DNA of 64,000 nt. Source: Candidatus Hydrogenedentota bacterium. GTDB lineage: Bacteria; Hydrogenedentota; Hydrogenedentia; Hydrogenedentales; SLHB01. Position 1 is the stretch's first letter. Each line of letters opens with the position of its first letter. The translations under genes and the position numbers were made by a program. Shown piece by piece: positions 18,572 through 27,306 of this stretch. Under the pieces are notes generated by a model. The model was given only the letters and a program-made list of their open reading frames with translations. It was not told the origin of the DNA and searched no databases. The DNA is taken from contig BTWA01000007.1 of assembly GCA_045863295.1 (NCBI GenBank), positions 8,459 to 72,458 on the forward strand. Direction: 5' to 3'.

Positions 18572-20173
18572 GTGAGTACGTTGGATCAATATCGCAAAGC
18601 CGACGCGCCTCTGCCGGACCAATACAATGCATGGCAGGTGTTTGGCGCGGGTATCGAAAATGTGGGACGCGATGGCAAGCCGGTCACGGTCGCGTTGCGC
18701 GAACCGGCCGCAAATGAAGTCATGTTGCGCGTGGATGCGCTCGGGCTCTGCTTATCCGATATGAAGATCATCAAAATGGGTGGCGATCACCCGCGCTTAA
18801 GGGGCCGCGACCTGTCGAAAGATCCAACCGTGTTGGGACACGAGTGTGCCGCAACCGTGGTAAAGGTCGGGGAACAATGGAAGAACCAGTTTAAGGTCGG
18901 TCAACGGTATATCGTTCAAGCGGACATTTACTACAAGGGAATTGGATACGCCTTCGGGTACCTCATTCCCGGTGGGTTGGCGCAATATTGCTATCTCGAC
19001 GAACGGGCGCTTGCCGGCGATGAAGGCTGTTATCTGTTGCCGGTGAAATCAGAGACAGGCTACAGCCAATCCGCACTCTCCGAACCTTGGGCCTGTGTCG
19101 AGATGTCCTACAACCTGCAGGACCGCTTTACCGTGGGAGAAGGCCCCGTGTTGGTTGTCAGCGACGAAGACCTGACGACCGTCTATGAGGGCGCAACCCA
19201 CATTCCCTCGTCCCTGGAAGGTCTACTTGACGAAAAGTTCGACACCATCATCGTATTCAAGCCCACGCCGGTAATCGTCGAAACCCTCGCCAACAACATG
19301 AGTAAAGACGGAATCATGTTTCTGGTGGGCTCTCCCGCGGAGGACGGTGTCGCCTCTCTTGACATCGGCAGGATTCACTACGAAGGCCTTCGCTTCTACG
19401 GCGGCGGAGAAAACGAGGCCGAGATAGAGAAGGTCAACAGCCGACAGGATTTACTTCCAGGCGGCAGGGCGCTGTTCATCGGCGCCGGCGGCCCCATGGG
19501 GCAGATGCACGTACAGCGCTCTATCGAAATTGCGAACGGTCCGAAATGCGTAGTCGTGACCGATCTGGATCGCGGACGTCTCGATCACATTGTCCGGCGT
19601 TTCGGCAGCTTGGCCAAAGATCGAGGGGTTGAACTGATTACATATTCTCCCACCGAATTCGAGTCACCCGAGGCCATGGATCGACAACTGGCCAGCCATG
19701 CCGTCGACGGTTACGACGACATTGTCATTCTCGCGCCGCTGGCGCGCCTCGTGCCCCAATACCTGAACATGGCTGCGGACGGTTGTCTCGTGAACGTATT
19801 CGCCGGTGTGGGGATTGGCAGCATGGCGCCCATCAAGATTGAAGACCTCTGCCGAGGCATCAAGATCATTGGTTCTAGTGGCTCCCGTATCAGCGATTTG
19901 CGCAAAGTATTGCAGATGGTCGAAGGCGGCGAATTGAACACCAACCTGAGCATCGCCGCCATCGGCGGACTCAATGCGGCGCGCGAAGGACTTGAGGCCG
20001 TGCGTGATGCGAAATTCCCTGGAAAGACGGTCATCTATCCGCAAATTCCCGATTTGCCCCTCACACCCTTGGAAAAAGTCGCCGAAGTCGTTCCCGAACT
20101 GAAAGAAAAATTAGGCGCTGACAGCGCGTGGACCATTGAAGCGGAAGAAACCCTGCTGGAGAAGTACGTCTAA
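18572..20173 (+). CDS. Zn-dependent MDR, L-sorbose-1-phosphate reductase (SorE)-like, elongated
   Basis: GLCLSDMK, GHE, GGLAQY, SEPWAC, GAGGPMG and TD motifs; 533 aa with an internal extra segment. Confidence 0.8.
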   Translation: MSTLDQYRKADAPLPDQYNAWQVFGAGIENVGRDGKPVTVALREPAANEVMLRVDALGLCLSDMKIIKMGGDHPRLRGRDLSKDPTVLGHECAATVVKVGEQWKNQFKVGQRYIVQADIYYKGIGYAFGYLIPGGLAQYCYLDERALAGDEGCYLLPVKSETGYSQSALSEPWACVEMSYNLQDRFTVGEGPVLVVSDEDLTTVYEGATHIPSSLEGLLDEKFDTIIVFKPTPVIVETLANNMSKDGIMFLVGSPAEDGVASLDIGRIHYEGLRFYGGGENEAEIEKVNSRQDLLPGGRALFIGAGGPMGQMHVQRSIEIANGPKCVVVTDLDRGRLDHIVRRFGSLAKDRGVELITYSPTEFESPEAMDRQLASHAVDGYDDIVILAPLARLVPQYLNMAADGCLVNVFAGVGIGSMAPIKIEDLCRGIKIIGSSGSRISDLRKVLQMVEGGELNTNLSIAAIGGLNAAREGLEAVRDAKFPGKTVIYPQIPDLPLTPLEKVAEVVPELKEKLGADSAWTIEAEETLLEKYV

Positions 20174-20965
20174 ATGGCTCGATTGGAAGGAAAAAAAGCG
20201 ATTGTTACGGGCGCGGCGCAGGGACTCGGCGCGGCTATCGTGGAGCGGCTCGCCCAGGAAGGCTGTGATGTCGCCATCTGGGACGTGAACGGCGAAGGCG
20301 CGCAAGTAACCGCAAATCGGATCGCCACTGAAACCGGTCGAAATCTCGTCGCAGCCCAAGTGGACATTACCAATGCCGATGCCGTGCGCCAAGGCGTGGA
20401 CGCGGCGGCCGCGCAACTGGGCGGGCTGGACGTGTTCGTCTCAAACGCCGGAATTCTCATTTCCGGAGAAAGTATCGATTTCGATGCCGCGAAGTGGCGT
20501 AAAGTCATTGACGTGAATTTAACCGGCTATTTCCTGTGCGCGCGCGAAGCAGCCCGCCTCATGCTGGCGAACGGCGCAAAAGGCTCTATCATCCAGATCA
20601 ATTCCAAGTCCGGCAAGAAAGGCAGCTTTCGCAACAGCGCATACGCCGCGTCCAAGTTTGGCGGAATCGGCGTTACTCAGAGCCTCGCACTCGAGTTTGC
20701 CGAACAGGGCATTCGCGTGAATTCCATATGCCCGGGCAATCTGCTGGATTCGCCCTTGTGGACCGGCAGCCTGTTCAAACAGTACGCCGCCAACCAGGGC
20801 ATCAGCGAGGACGAAGTGCGCAAAAAGTACATCGACCAAGTCCCCATGAAACGGCCTTGCACGTATCAAGACGTGACCAATGTGGTCGTGTTCATGGCCT
20901 CGGATGATTCGAACTACATGACCGGTCAGGCGATCAACGTGACCGGCGGCCAGGAAATGCGATAG
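20174..20965 (+). CDS. srlD: Sorbitol-6-phosphate 2-dehydrogenase
   Basis: IIQINSKSGKKGS..NSAYAASKFGGIGVTQSLALE, GNLLDSP, YIDQVPMKR and YMTGQAINVTGGQ are SrlD signatures. Confidence 0.88.
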   Translation: MARLEGKKAIVTGAAQGLGAAIVERLAQEGCDVAIWDVNGEGAQVTANRIATETGRNLVAAQVDITNADAVRQGVDAAAAQLGGLDVFVSNAGILISGESIDFDAAKWRKVIDVNLTGYFLCAREAARLMLANGAKGSIIQINSKSGKKGSFRNSAYAASKFGGIGVTQSLALEFAEQGIRVNSICPGNLLDSPLWTGSLFKQYAANQGISEDEVRKKYIDQVPMKRPCTYQDVTNVVVFMASDDSNYMTGQAINVTGGQEMR

Positions 20966-21021
20966 GCGTTCCCAACGACTTCGATGGACAAGGGCATAAC
21001 CCAAACCAAGAGGGATACTGT

Positions 21022-22302
21022 ATGCGATTCAAAGGTTTTCTCGTTACAGCCATTGCCGCGTGCGCGGCGCTTGGCGTGGCGCAGCCGGCAGCACATGCCG
21101 CGCTGCAGGTAGGCGCGTCGTCTGTCAATGTCACTCCCGATCCCCTCATTCCCGTCTCGGGCGGGATGGGAATCCCGCGCAAAACGGAAAAGCAACAGGG
21201 CAACCTCGAAGTCCGCACGATTGTCATAGACAAAGACGGCGAACGCGTTGCATTCGTCAGTGTGCCATTTATTGGATATCCGCGCGTGCTGGGCGACAAA
21301 GTCCGTGCCTTGGTCAAGGACATTCCCGGCGATCACATCCTCATCGGCTCGACCCATACCCACAGCGCGCCCGACATGTATGCGTTTCCATTGCCCGACG
21401 GCGGACATACCGGCGAATTGGCCTACATGGAAAAGGTCGTGACCCAGGTGGCCGAGGGTATCAACGCGGCCGTAAAGGCTCTGCAACCCGCATCCATTAA
21501 AATTGCCAGTGGCGACGCGGCGGAAAAGATCGCCTACAATTACTACGCGCCTCAACTCTACGACCGCCGCTGCCATGTAATTCAGGCAGTTGGTAAAGAT
21601 GGCAAGGCCATCGCCACTGTCGTTAACTATGCGATTCACCCGGAAGTCATCGGACCCGGCCAGGGTATCTGCAGCCCCGACATGGTCGGCCCGCTATACG
21701 ACCGTGTCGCCGAACTCGGTGGCGGCACGTGCGTGTTTATGAACGGCGCCCAGGGCGGCATGGTAACCGCCGATTGCCGCGGTGAAGACGGCGAAGATGT
21801 GCAAACATGGGACGAGTGCATCCGTATCGGCAACCTGTTGGCGGACGAGGCCATGCGCATCGTGAAAGACGCGCCCGTGCAGGAGAATCCCGATCTCTGG
21901 GTCGGCGCGAAGGAAGTCAAGTTTCACGTGGATTCCGATCTCTTGTGGGCCGTTGTCGAAGGATCCCCCCTCGGCTATCCAACCAACGACGATCGCACGG
22001 TGACCACACTGATGAACCTAATCAACGTCGGCAATGCACAGATCCTGACGATTCCCGGCGAAGCCCTGCCGAACATCGGTTTCTATCTCAAGCGTCACAT
22101 GAACGGAGAAGGAGACAATAACTTCCTGTTCGGCCTTACCAACGATGCCTTTGGATACATCCTCACCAAGGAAGACTTCAACAGCTTCAAGCGCTACGAC
22201 TACGTATCCGAGACAAGTCTCGGCGAACGCACCGGCACCACCCTTATTGAAGAAGGTCTGAAGTTCGTGAGCGAAGCACCAAAGCCAAAACCCGTAGGCT
22301 GA
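21022..22302 (+). CDS. Secreted neutral/alkaline ceramidase-like protein
   Basis: Signal peptide; STHTHSAP, NYAIHP, NGAQG, PGE and GLTND motifs. Confidence 0.65.
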   Translation: MRFKGFLVTAIAACAALGVAQPAAHAALQVGASSVNVTPDPLIPVSGGMGIPRKTEKQQGNLEVRTIVIDKDGERVAFVSVPFIGYPRVLGDKVRALVKDIPGDHILIGSTHTHSAPDMYAFPLPDGGHTGELAYMEKVVTQVAEGINAAVKALQPASIKIASGDAAEKIAYNYYAPQLYDRRCHVIQAVGKDGKAIATVVNYAIHPEVIGPGQGICSPDMVGPLYDRVAELGGGTCVFMNGAQGGMVTADCRGEDGEDVQTWDECIRIGNLLADEAMRIVKDAPVQENPDLWVGAKEVKFHVDSDLLWAVVEGSPLGYPTNDDRTVTTLMNLINVGNAQILTIPGEALPNIGFYLKRHMNGEGDNNFLFGLTNDAFGYILTKEDFNSFKRYDYVSETSLGERTGTTLIEEGLKFVSEAPKPKPVG

Positions 22303-22323
22303 TAACACATAAAGATTGCGATC

Positions 22324-22357
22324 AAGCGCGACAGGTAATCCTGCCTGTCGCGCTTTT
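22324..22357 (+). terminator. Terminator-like hairpin
   Basis: AAGCGCGACAGGT...GCCTGTCGCGCTT followed by TT. Confidence 0.55.
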
Positions 22358-22424
22358 ATGTACACTGCCCATGCTCAGCAACGAAAAGAAGATCCAAATC
22401 TCCATTTCACATACAGGGCCGGAA

Positions 22425-22448
22425 GTAGAAGCGACATCCTGTCGCTTC
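22425..22448 (+). repeat. GTAG-type REP-like palindrome
   Basis: GTAG immediately followed by AAGCGACA-TCC-TGTCGCTT in the gap between convergent genes. Confidence 0.4.
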
Positions 22449-22585
22449 CGTGCCGCCTGAACAAGATTATGCAATCTCTGAGCTTATCAAAGAGACATTA
22501 TTAGCATCGGCGATTGCGCCCCGCGCCCGGTGATTCCGGACGCGGGGCACATAGTGTCGCGTGGCGGCACGCACGAATGCCTGTC

Positions 22586-25219
22586 TTATTGGCCTTTGAT
22601 GTTCTTCGCCGCAACGACCAGACTCAGGAACTCGGATCGGCGGCCATTGATGTCGTAGCCATTGGCCCCTTCGGCAATTTGCTGCACAAGGCTCAACGTC
22701 GTGTTTCCTTTGTATTGCGAGTTGCGCAACTCCATACCAAACGCCGCGACGGCCGCCGCCCAACGGAATTCGCGGCTGGATTGATCGTATCCTTGACCAT
22801 GGTCGGTAACCGGTACCTCAATCAACTTGCTGGTCGTGCCCTCTGGTTCCTTGTAGCGAAGGCGCAGGAACAGCATCTCAGCACTTTCCTTCAACTCGAC
22901 CGGAGGCGGAGTGACAGCCTCCGGCTGGCCGCTGTACCGCAAAGGATCGACGCCGCCGGTGGAAGGCATGGGCACGCCGGCAGGCACGATTTCATACAGA
23001 GCCGTCACTGTGTGGCCCGCTCCGATTTCACCCGCATCTTTGCGGTCGTCATTGAAATCCTGCGCGGCCAACGCGCGGTTTTCATACCCAATCAGGCGAT
23101 ACGCTTGTACCTTGCCGGGATTGAACTCGATCTGAATTTTCACATCCTTCGCAATGGTCACCAGCGTGCCTGCCATGTCTTCGACCAGCACGCGCTGGGC
23201 CTCGCCAAAATTGTCGATGTAGTAATAGGCTCCGTTGCCTTTGTTCGACAACTGCTCCAGGCGATCATCCTTGATGTTGTCCATGCCGAATCCGAGGATG
23301 CTGAGGAAGATGCCGTTACCGGCTTTTTCACGCACCATCTGCACAAGTTGATCCGTGTCCGTCACGCCAACATTGAAATCGCCGTCGGTGCACAGGATGA
23401 CGCGATTCACGCCACCCGGCAGGTAATACCGTTGCGCCATGTCATACGCCAGACGAATGCCGCCTTCGCCGTTCGTCGATCCGCCCGCGCTCAAGCCCTG
23501 AACGGCGGAGAGGATGGTCTCACGACTGTCCACCGACGTGCTTTCCAACGCGATGCCCGCCGCGCCCGCATACGTCACGATGCCTACGCGATCCTGCGGC
23601 GACAGCCTGCGCGCCAGCAACAACATGGCCTCTTTCAACAGCGGCAGCTTGTTCGCAGGTTCCATCGATCCCGACACGTCGATCAGAAACACCAGGTTCG
23701 CCGGAGCACGGTCGTCCATGGGAACGTCCTTGCCCTTGATGCCCACACGCACCAGCCGGTGCTCCGGTTTCCACGGCGCGGGCGCCACTTCCACATGAGC
23801 CGCGAACGGGTGTCCGTCCGTGGGGCCCGCGTATTCATAGTCAAAATAATTGACCAACTCCTCAATTCGTACCGCATCCGGAGGAGGCAACTGGCCCTGA
23901 TTGAGAAACCGCCGCGTGTTGGAGTACGAAGCCGTATCCACATCGATGGAAAAAGTCGACAAGGGATTCTGCATCGGCGTCAGGAAAGGGTTTTCCACGA
24001 TCGGCGCATACGCCTCGCTGTTCGAATAAAAGTTCAGGCCGAAGGATAGTTGACGCGATTCAGACTGACTCAGAGGGTCTACCTGTTTGCCCAATTCTGT
24101 AATCAACGGAAGGACTTTGCCCTCCGCAAGACGCTCACTGGAACCGGAACGTGCCTTGGCCTTGCTTTCGATCCGGCCGGGCATTCCATTCGCTGATTCG
24201 ATATACGCTTGATAGACGTCAACGTCGTCGTGCAAGGCCGGGCGGTTTTCCAATGTCCCCAACGTATCAACACTAATGCCACCGCCGCCGAAACCACCAC
24301 TGCCACCTTGGCCAGCGTCAACGCCTTGTTGCCCGGGTTGTCCACCAAAGCCGCCTCCGCCGAATTCACGCGCCTTGCTGTGAAACTGCACAGCGCTGGG
24401 CGTAGCTCCATTCACATTGGCTTCGACAGGGGGCGTCGGAAGAAGGGCCAGGGGAGTACTAGAGGAAGGCGTAGACGCTTGGCCATCACCGTTAACATCG
24501 GCGAAATAGCCTCTGCTGCTGCCATCGACTTCCAACTCGCGAACACGACCTTCGCCGCTTGCCGATAGGTTCCAATTGGTTTCGGCCCCCTGAGCGGAGG
24601 TTGCTGCGGGCGACGACTCAGCCGAAGAGTCGGCAACCGTAAGTCCCTCCTGCAGAATAAATAAATCACCAACGGGTGCGTCCTGCGGCGGCGCCGTCGC
24701 CGGTTCCGCAAGCCGGTTTTGTTCTATTCTATGGACCAGGTTCGAATCGTCAGGTCCCGTGAAGGACGTCGACACGTTCTCCTTGTCCATCCTCGCCAAG
24801 TTCACCCGATCCTGGTAACGCAACGCCAAATCGTCACTGGCAACAGGGACTTCGCGGGCGTTAAACGTTCGCGGCAACACATAATAGCCAGCGAATACCA
24901 ATACCGCTGCCGCCGCGCCCCATCGAAGCATGACCGCCGGGCGGAACCATCGGATTCGCAATCGTGGTGCATCCTCATCACCCACACGGCCAATGATTTC
25001 CTGCCGCTGGGCCGATTCCAACTCGGGTGCGTCAAACCCCGCAAGCGAAACTTCCACCAGCTTCGCCGCGGCCTGAATCTCTTTCACGGCTTTTTGCGCG
25101 TCTGGGTCATCCGCAATCAGTTCTTCCAAGGCCACCCGGTCGTCCTCCGGCAATTCGCCAAGGGCGTATTCAGTCAATCGGATATCGTCTCTCTCGATGG
25201 GCATTGTCCTATTCCTCAT
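22586..25219 (-). CDS. Anti-sigma-like N-terminus fused to a YfbK-like module (vWF_A + VWA + DUF3520)
   Basis: N-terminal LTEYALGEL..LEELIADDP and a TM helix; PLSTFSIDVDTASY, VRIEELVNYF, DVSGSM MIDAS, YRLIGYENR and DAGEIGAGH motifs. Confidence 0.88.
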   Translation of the reverse strand: MRNRTMPIERDDIRLTEYALGELPEDDRVALEELIADDPDAQKAVKEIQAAAKLVEVSLAGFDAPELESAQRQEIIGRVGDEDAPRLRIRWFRPAVMLRWGAAAAVLVFAGYYVLPRTFNAREVPVASDDLALRYQDRVNLARMDKENVSTSFTGPDDSNLVHRIEQNRLAEPATAPPQDAPVGDLFILQEGLTVADSSAESSPAATSAQGAETNWNLSASGEGRVRELEVDGSSRGYFADVNGDGQASTPSSSTPLALLPTPPVEANVNGATPSAVQFHSKAREFGGGGFGGQPGQQGVDAGQGGSGGFGGGGISVDTLGTLENRPALHDDVDVYQAYIESANGMPGRIESKAKARSGSSERLAEGKVLPLITELGKQVDPLSQSESRQLSFGLNFYSNSEAYAPIVENPFLTPMQNPLSTFSIDVDTASYSNTRRFLNQGQLPPPDAVRIEELVNYFDYEYAGPTDGHPFAAHVEVAPAPWKPEHRLVRVGIKGKDVPMDDRAPANLVFLIDVSGSMEPANKLPLLKEAMLLLARRLSPQDRVGIVTYAGAAGIALESTSVDSRETILSAVQGLSAGGSTNGEGGIRLAYDMAQRYYLPGGVNRVILCTDGDFNVGVTDTDQLVQMVREKAGNGIFLSILGFGMDNIKDDRLEQLSNKGNGAYYYIDNFGEAQRVLVEDMAGTLVTIAKDVKIQIEFNPGKVQAYRLIGYENRALAAQDFNDDRKDAGEIGAGHTVTALYEIVPAGVPMPSTGGVDPLRYSGQPEAVTPPPVELKESAEMLFLRLRYKEPEGTTSKLIEVPVTDHGQGYDQSSREFRWAAAVAAFGMELRNSQYKGNTTLSLVQQIAEGANGYDINGRRSEFLSLVVAAKNIKGQ

Positions 25220-25749
25220 GCATCCGGCGCCGAGGCATGCTGGGCGCGGAGTTGTTCGCGTATGGTGTTCAGCGCGGTGTGAATCGTATGGCTGACCGTC
25301 GCCAGCGGCATTCCCACGACATCGCTAATCTCGCGGTAGGTGAGGCCGTCATGAAACTTCAGCATGAACACTTCCTGTTGCCGTTTGGGCAACGTAGTCA
25401 CGACGGTCCGTATCATGTGTTGTGTCTCGTTCGCCTCCGCCGCCGCGCCGGGGCTCAGCCCTCGTGCGGGCAACGAATGCATCACGCTATCCTGCAAGGA
25501 CTCCATCCGTCCCTCCTTCTTGAGAACGTCCAGGGCCCGGTTCCGGCACACCGTGTACAACCACGGGCCGAGATGGCCGTCGATCGCCGCGTGGTCCGCC
25601 GTGCACAGCTTCAGGAAGGTGTCCTGCACCACATCGCGTGCCGTCTCCAAATCGCCCGTCAGCCGCAGGGCATACCCCACCAACCGCCGTTCATAGTCGG
25701 CCAAAGCCTGCCGAATCCAAGCCCCTTGCGGGGTTCCGTTGTCGCTCAT
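25216..25749 (-). CDS. ECF sigma factor
   Basis: ARDVVQDTFLKL, WLYTVCRNRALD and LPKRQQEVF..GLTYREIS motifs; GGGAG SD; ATGA coupling to the downstream gene. Confidence 0.93.
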   Translation of the reverse strand: MSDNGTPQGAWIRQALADYERRLVGYALRLTGDLETARDVVQDTFLKLCTADHAAIDGHLGPWLYTVCRNRALDVLKKEGRMESLQDSVMHSLPARGLSPGAAAEANETQHMIRTVVTTLPKRQQEVFMLKFHDGLTYREISDVVGMPLATVSHTIHTALNTIREQLRAQHASAPDA

Positions 25750-25790
25750 GAAGGACTCCCGGGATGTCGCGTCATGGTCTGCAATTCTAT

Positions 25791-25814
25791 AACGATTGGA
25801 ACCCGTTGCTGTTC
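25791..25814 (-). promoter_or_regulatory. Putative ECF-type (autoregulatory) promoter
   Basis: GAAC-N16-CGTT about 40 nt upstream of the ECF start; fits the generic ECF AAC/CGT consensus. Confidence 0.45.
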
Positions 25815-26023
25815 GAAAGTTCAAAAGGCAGATCGACATCGTGTCGTTTCCACGCCATCTCCGCGTGTAGCCATTCCCTTAACCCGGATATTTCACGACT
25901 TTGTCCAACTAACTGTGTAACAACAATTCAACCGGGCCGTTACCAAAACTGGCGTACTTACAGTGTGCACGTGAAGTATCCTCAGCGTTTCAAGCTTAAG
26001 GAATTCTGTGTGAGCAATTTGCA

Positions 26024-26124
26024 CCACGGAGACTGTACTTCAGTCCTCCACGGAGACTGTACTTCAGTCTTCCACGGAGACTGTACTTCAGTCTTCCACG
26101 GAGACTGTACTTCAGTCTTCCACG
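26024..26124. repeat. Tandem repeat, 4 x 24 bp plus a partial copy, palindromic unit
   Basis: Unit CCACGGAGACTGTACTTCAGTC(C/T)T at 26024, 26048, 26072 and 26096; internal GACTG-N5-CAGTC; no spacers. Confidence 0.95.
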
Positions 26125-26221
26125 CACGCTTTTAGCGTGGTGCAATATGCGGGTTAAGTGTTTCTGCAAACGTTCAACCCCCAATAGGCCCGATCATCCC
26201 ATTGAACGGCTCTCCCATTTC

Positions 26222-26237
26222 TGGCCAAATTGTTGCA
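26222..26237 (+). promoter_or_regulatory. Possible sigma54 promoter
   Basis: TGGCCA-AATTG-TTGCA (GG-N10-GC) about 60 nt before the esterase ATG. Confidence 0.3.
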
Positions 26238-26299
26238 TCAAGTCCTTATAGGCAAATCGGTTGGGACACCGATTGACACAGAAATGGGGTCCGGAAGGC

Positions 26300-27187
26300 A
26301 TGTCCAAGACGAGACGACTGATTCGTGTGGCAGCAGCCATAGTTCTATTGTGTGGCGTAATACAGGCCGCAGGCCAGGAATTCAGGCCACTCGAAAGGAC
26401 CGTGTCTTTTCGCGGCATAAAGCGCTCGTATTTCGTCGCGCTGCCCGATCGGTACGATCCCCAAAAGTCCTATTGGCCGCTGGTGTTTATTCATGGCGGC
26501 GCCGGAAACGTACAAACGAATTCGAAGGCAATAGCCATGCGTGAAATAGCCGACAAAGAGGGACTTCCAGCCATTTTGATATTGCCGGAGTTCGTCACCA
26601 AGGACAAGCAGGTGAGCCGGTTTCCGGAATTGGGCGAAGCCGATTTTCTGCTGGAAGTGATGAATGAAGCGCACAAGGAATTTCGGCTGCACGACAAGTT
26701 GTTGCTCGCGGGCTACTCCATGGGTGGCCAGTGTGCGCACCGGTTTGCGCTGGCGCACCCGGATCAAGTGATGGCCTGTGCACCCTCCGCCGCTGGTACG
26801 TGGACAACACCAGACGGCCGATTCCTTGTGGAAGACTACGGCGAAGTGAAAGACCCCGCCAAGTTTCTGACCGACAATTCCAATAAATCGGCCATCCCGG
26901 ATCGGTTACACGATCTGTTTGATCCACGGGTCGCCGCCGTCGCGGGCACTCCAGCGGCAAAAGGTGCGAAGTCTGTACCGTTCTTAATCATGTGCGGCAC
27001 ACTCGATTCTCGCTACTCCATTGCCGTCGAGTTCGCAGCGTCTTTGCAAGCCCGGGGATTTACCGTTGAGACCGAGTGGCCAGTCACGCCGCATGGGTCG
27101 AATTCCAGCCAGTACAAAGCGGAATTCCGGAAATACTCAGAGCGCGCTGTTCAGTTTTTCAACCGGATAGTAAATGCAAAAGAATAG
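26300..27187 (+). CDS. Secreted alpha/beta-hydrolase (esterase/depolymerase-like)
   Basis: Signal peptide, FIHGG oxyanion motif, GYSMGG nucleophile elbow, GTLD and PHG. Confidence 0.8.
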   Translation: MSKTRRLIRVAAAIVLLCGVIQAAGQEFRPLERTVSFRGIKRSYFVALPDRYDPQKSYWPLVFIHGGAGNVQTNSKAIAMREIADKEGLPAILILPEFVTKDKQVSRFPELGEADFLLEVMNEAHKEFRLHDKLLLAGYSMGGQCAHRFALAHPDQVMACAPSAAGTWTTPDGRFLVEDYGEVKDPAKFLTDNSNKSAIPDRLHDLFDPRVAAVAGTPAAKGAKSVPFLIMCGTLDSRYSIAVEFAASLQARGFTVETEWPVTPHGSNSSQYKAEFRKYSERAVQFFNRIVNAKE

Positions 27188-27306
27188 TCGGGATACCCCG
27201 AAACGATGAATCTGGACTCTGAATGACCGTCGAATAAGGAATCGACGTCCTCGTTGGGTGTATACTCCCCAGGTTCGAAAACCTTGGAAAGTATATTCCT
27301 TCGCCT

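Noticed and set aside
22514..24049. 511-aa plus-strand ORF
   Set aside because: Antisense shadow of the well-supported VWA gene; no motifs
26024..26124. CRISPR array, or a peptide repeat ORF (HGDCTSVF)n
   Set aside because: Units are contiguous with no spacers and no cas genes; the ORFs across it are by-products of a 24-nt period
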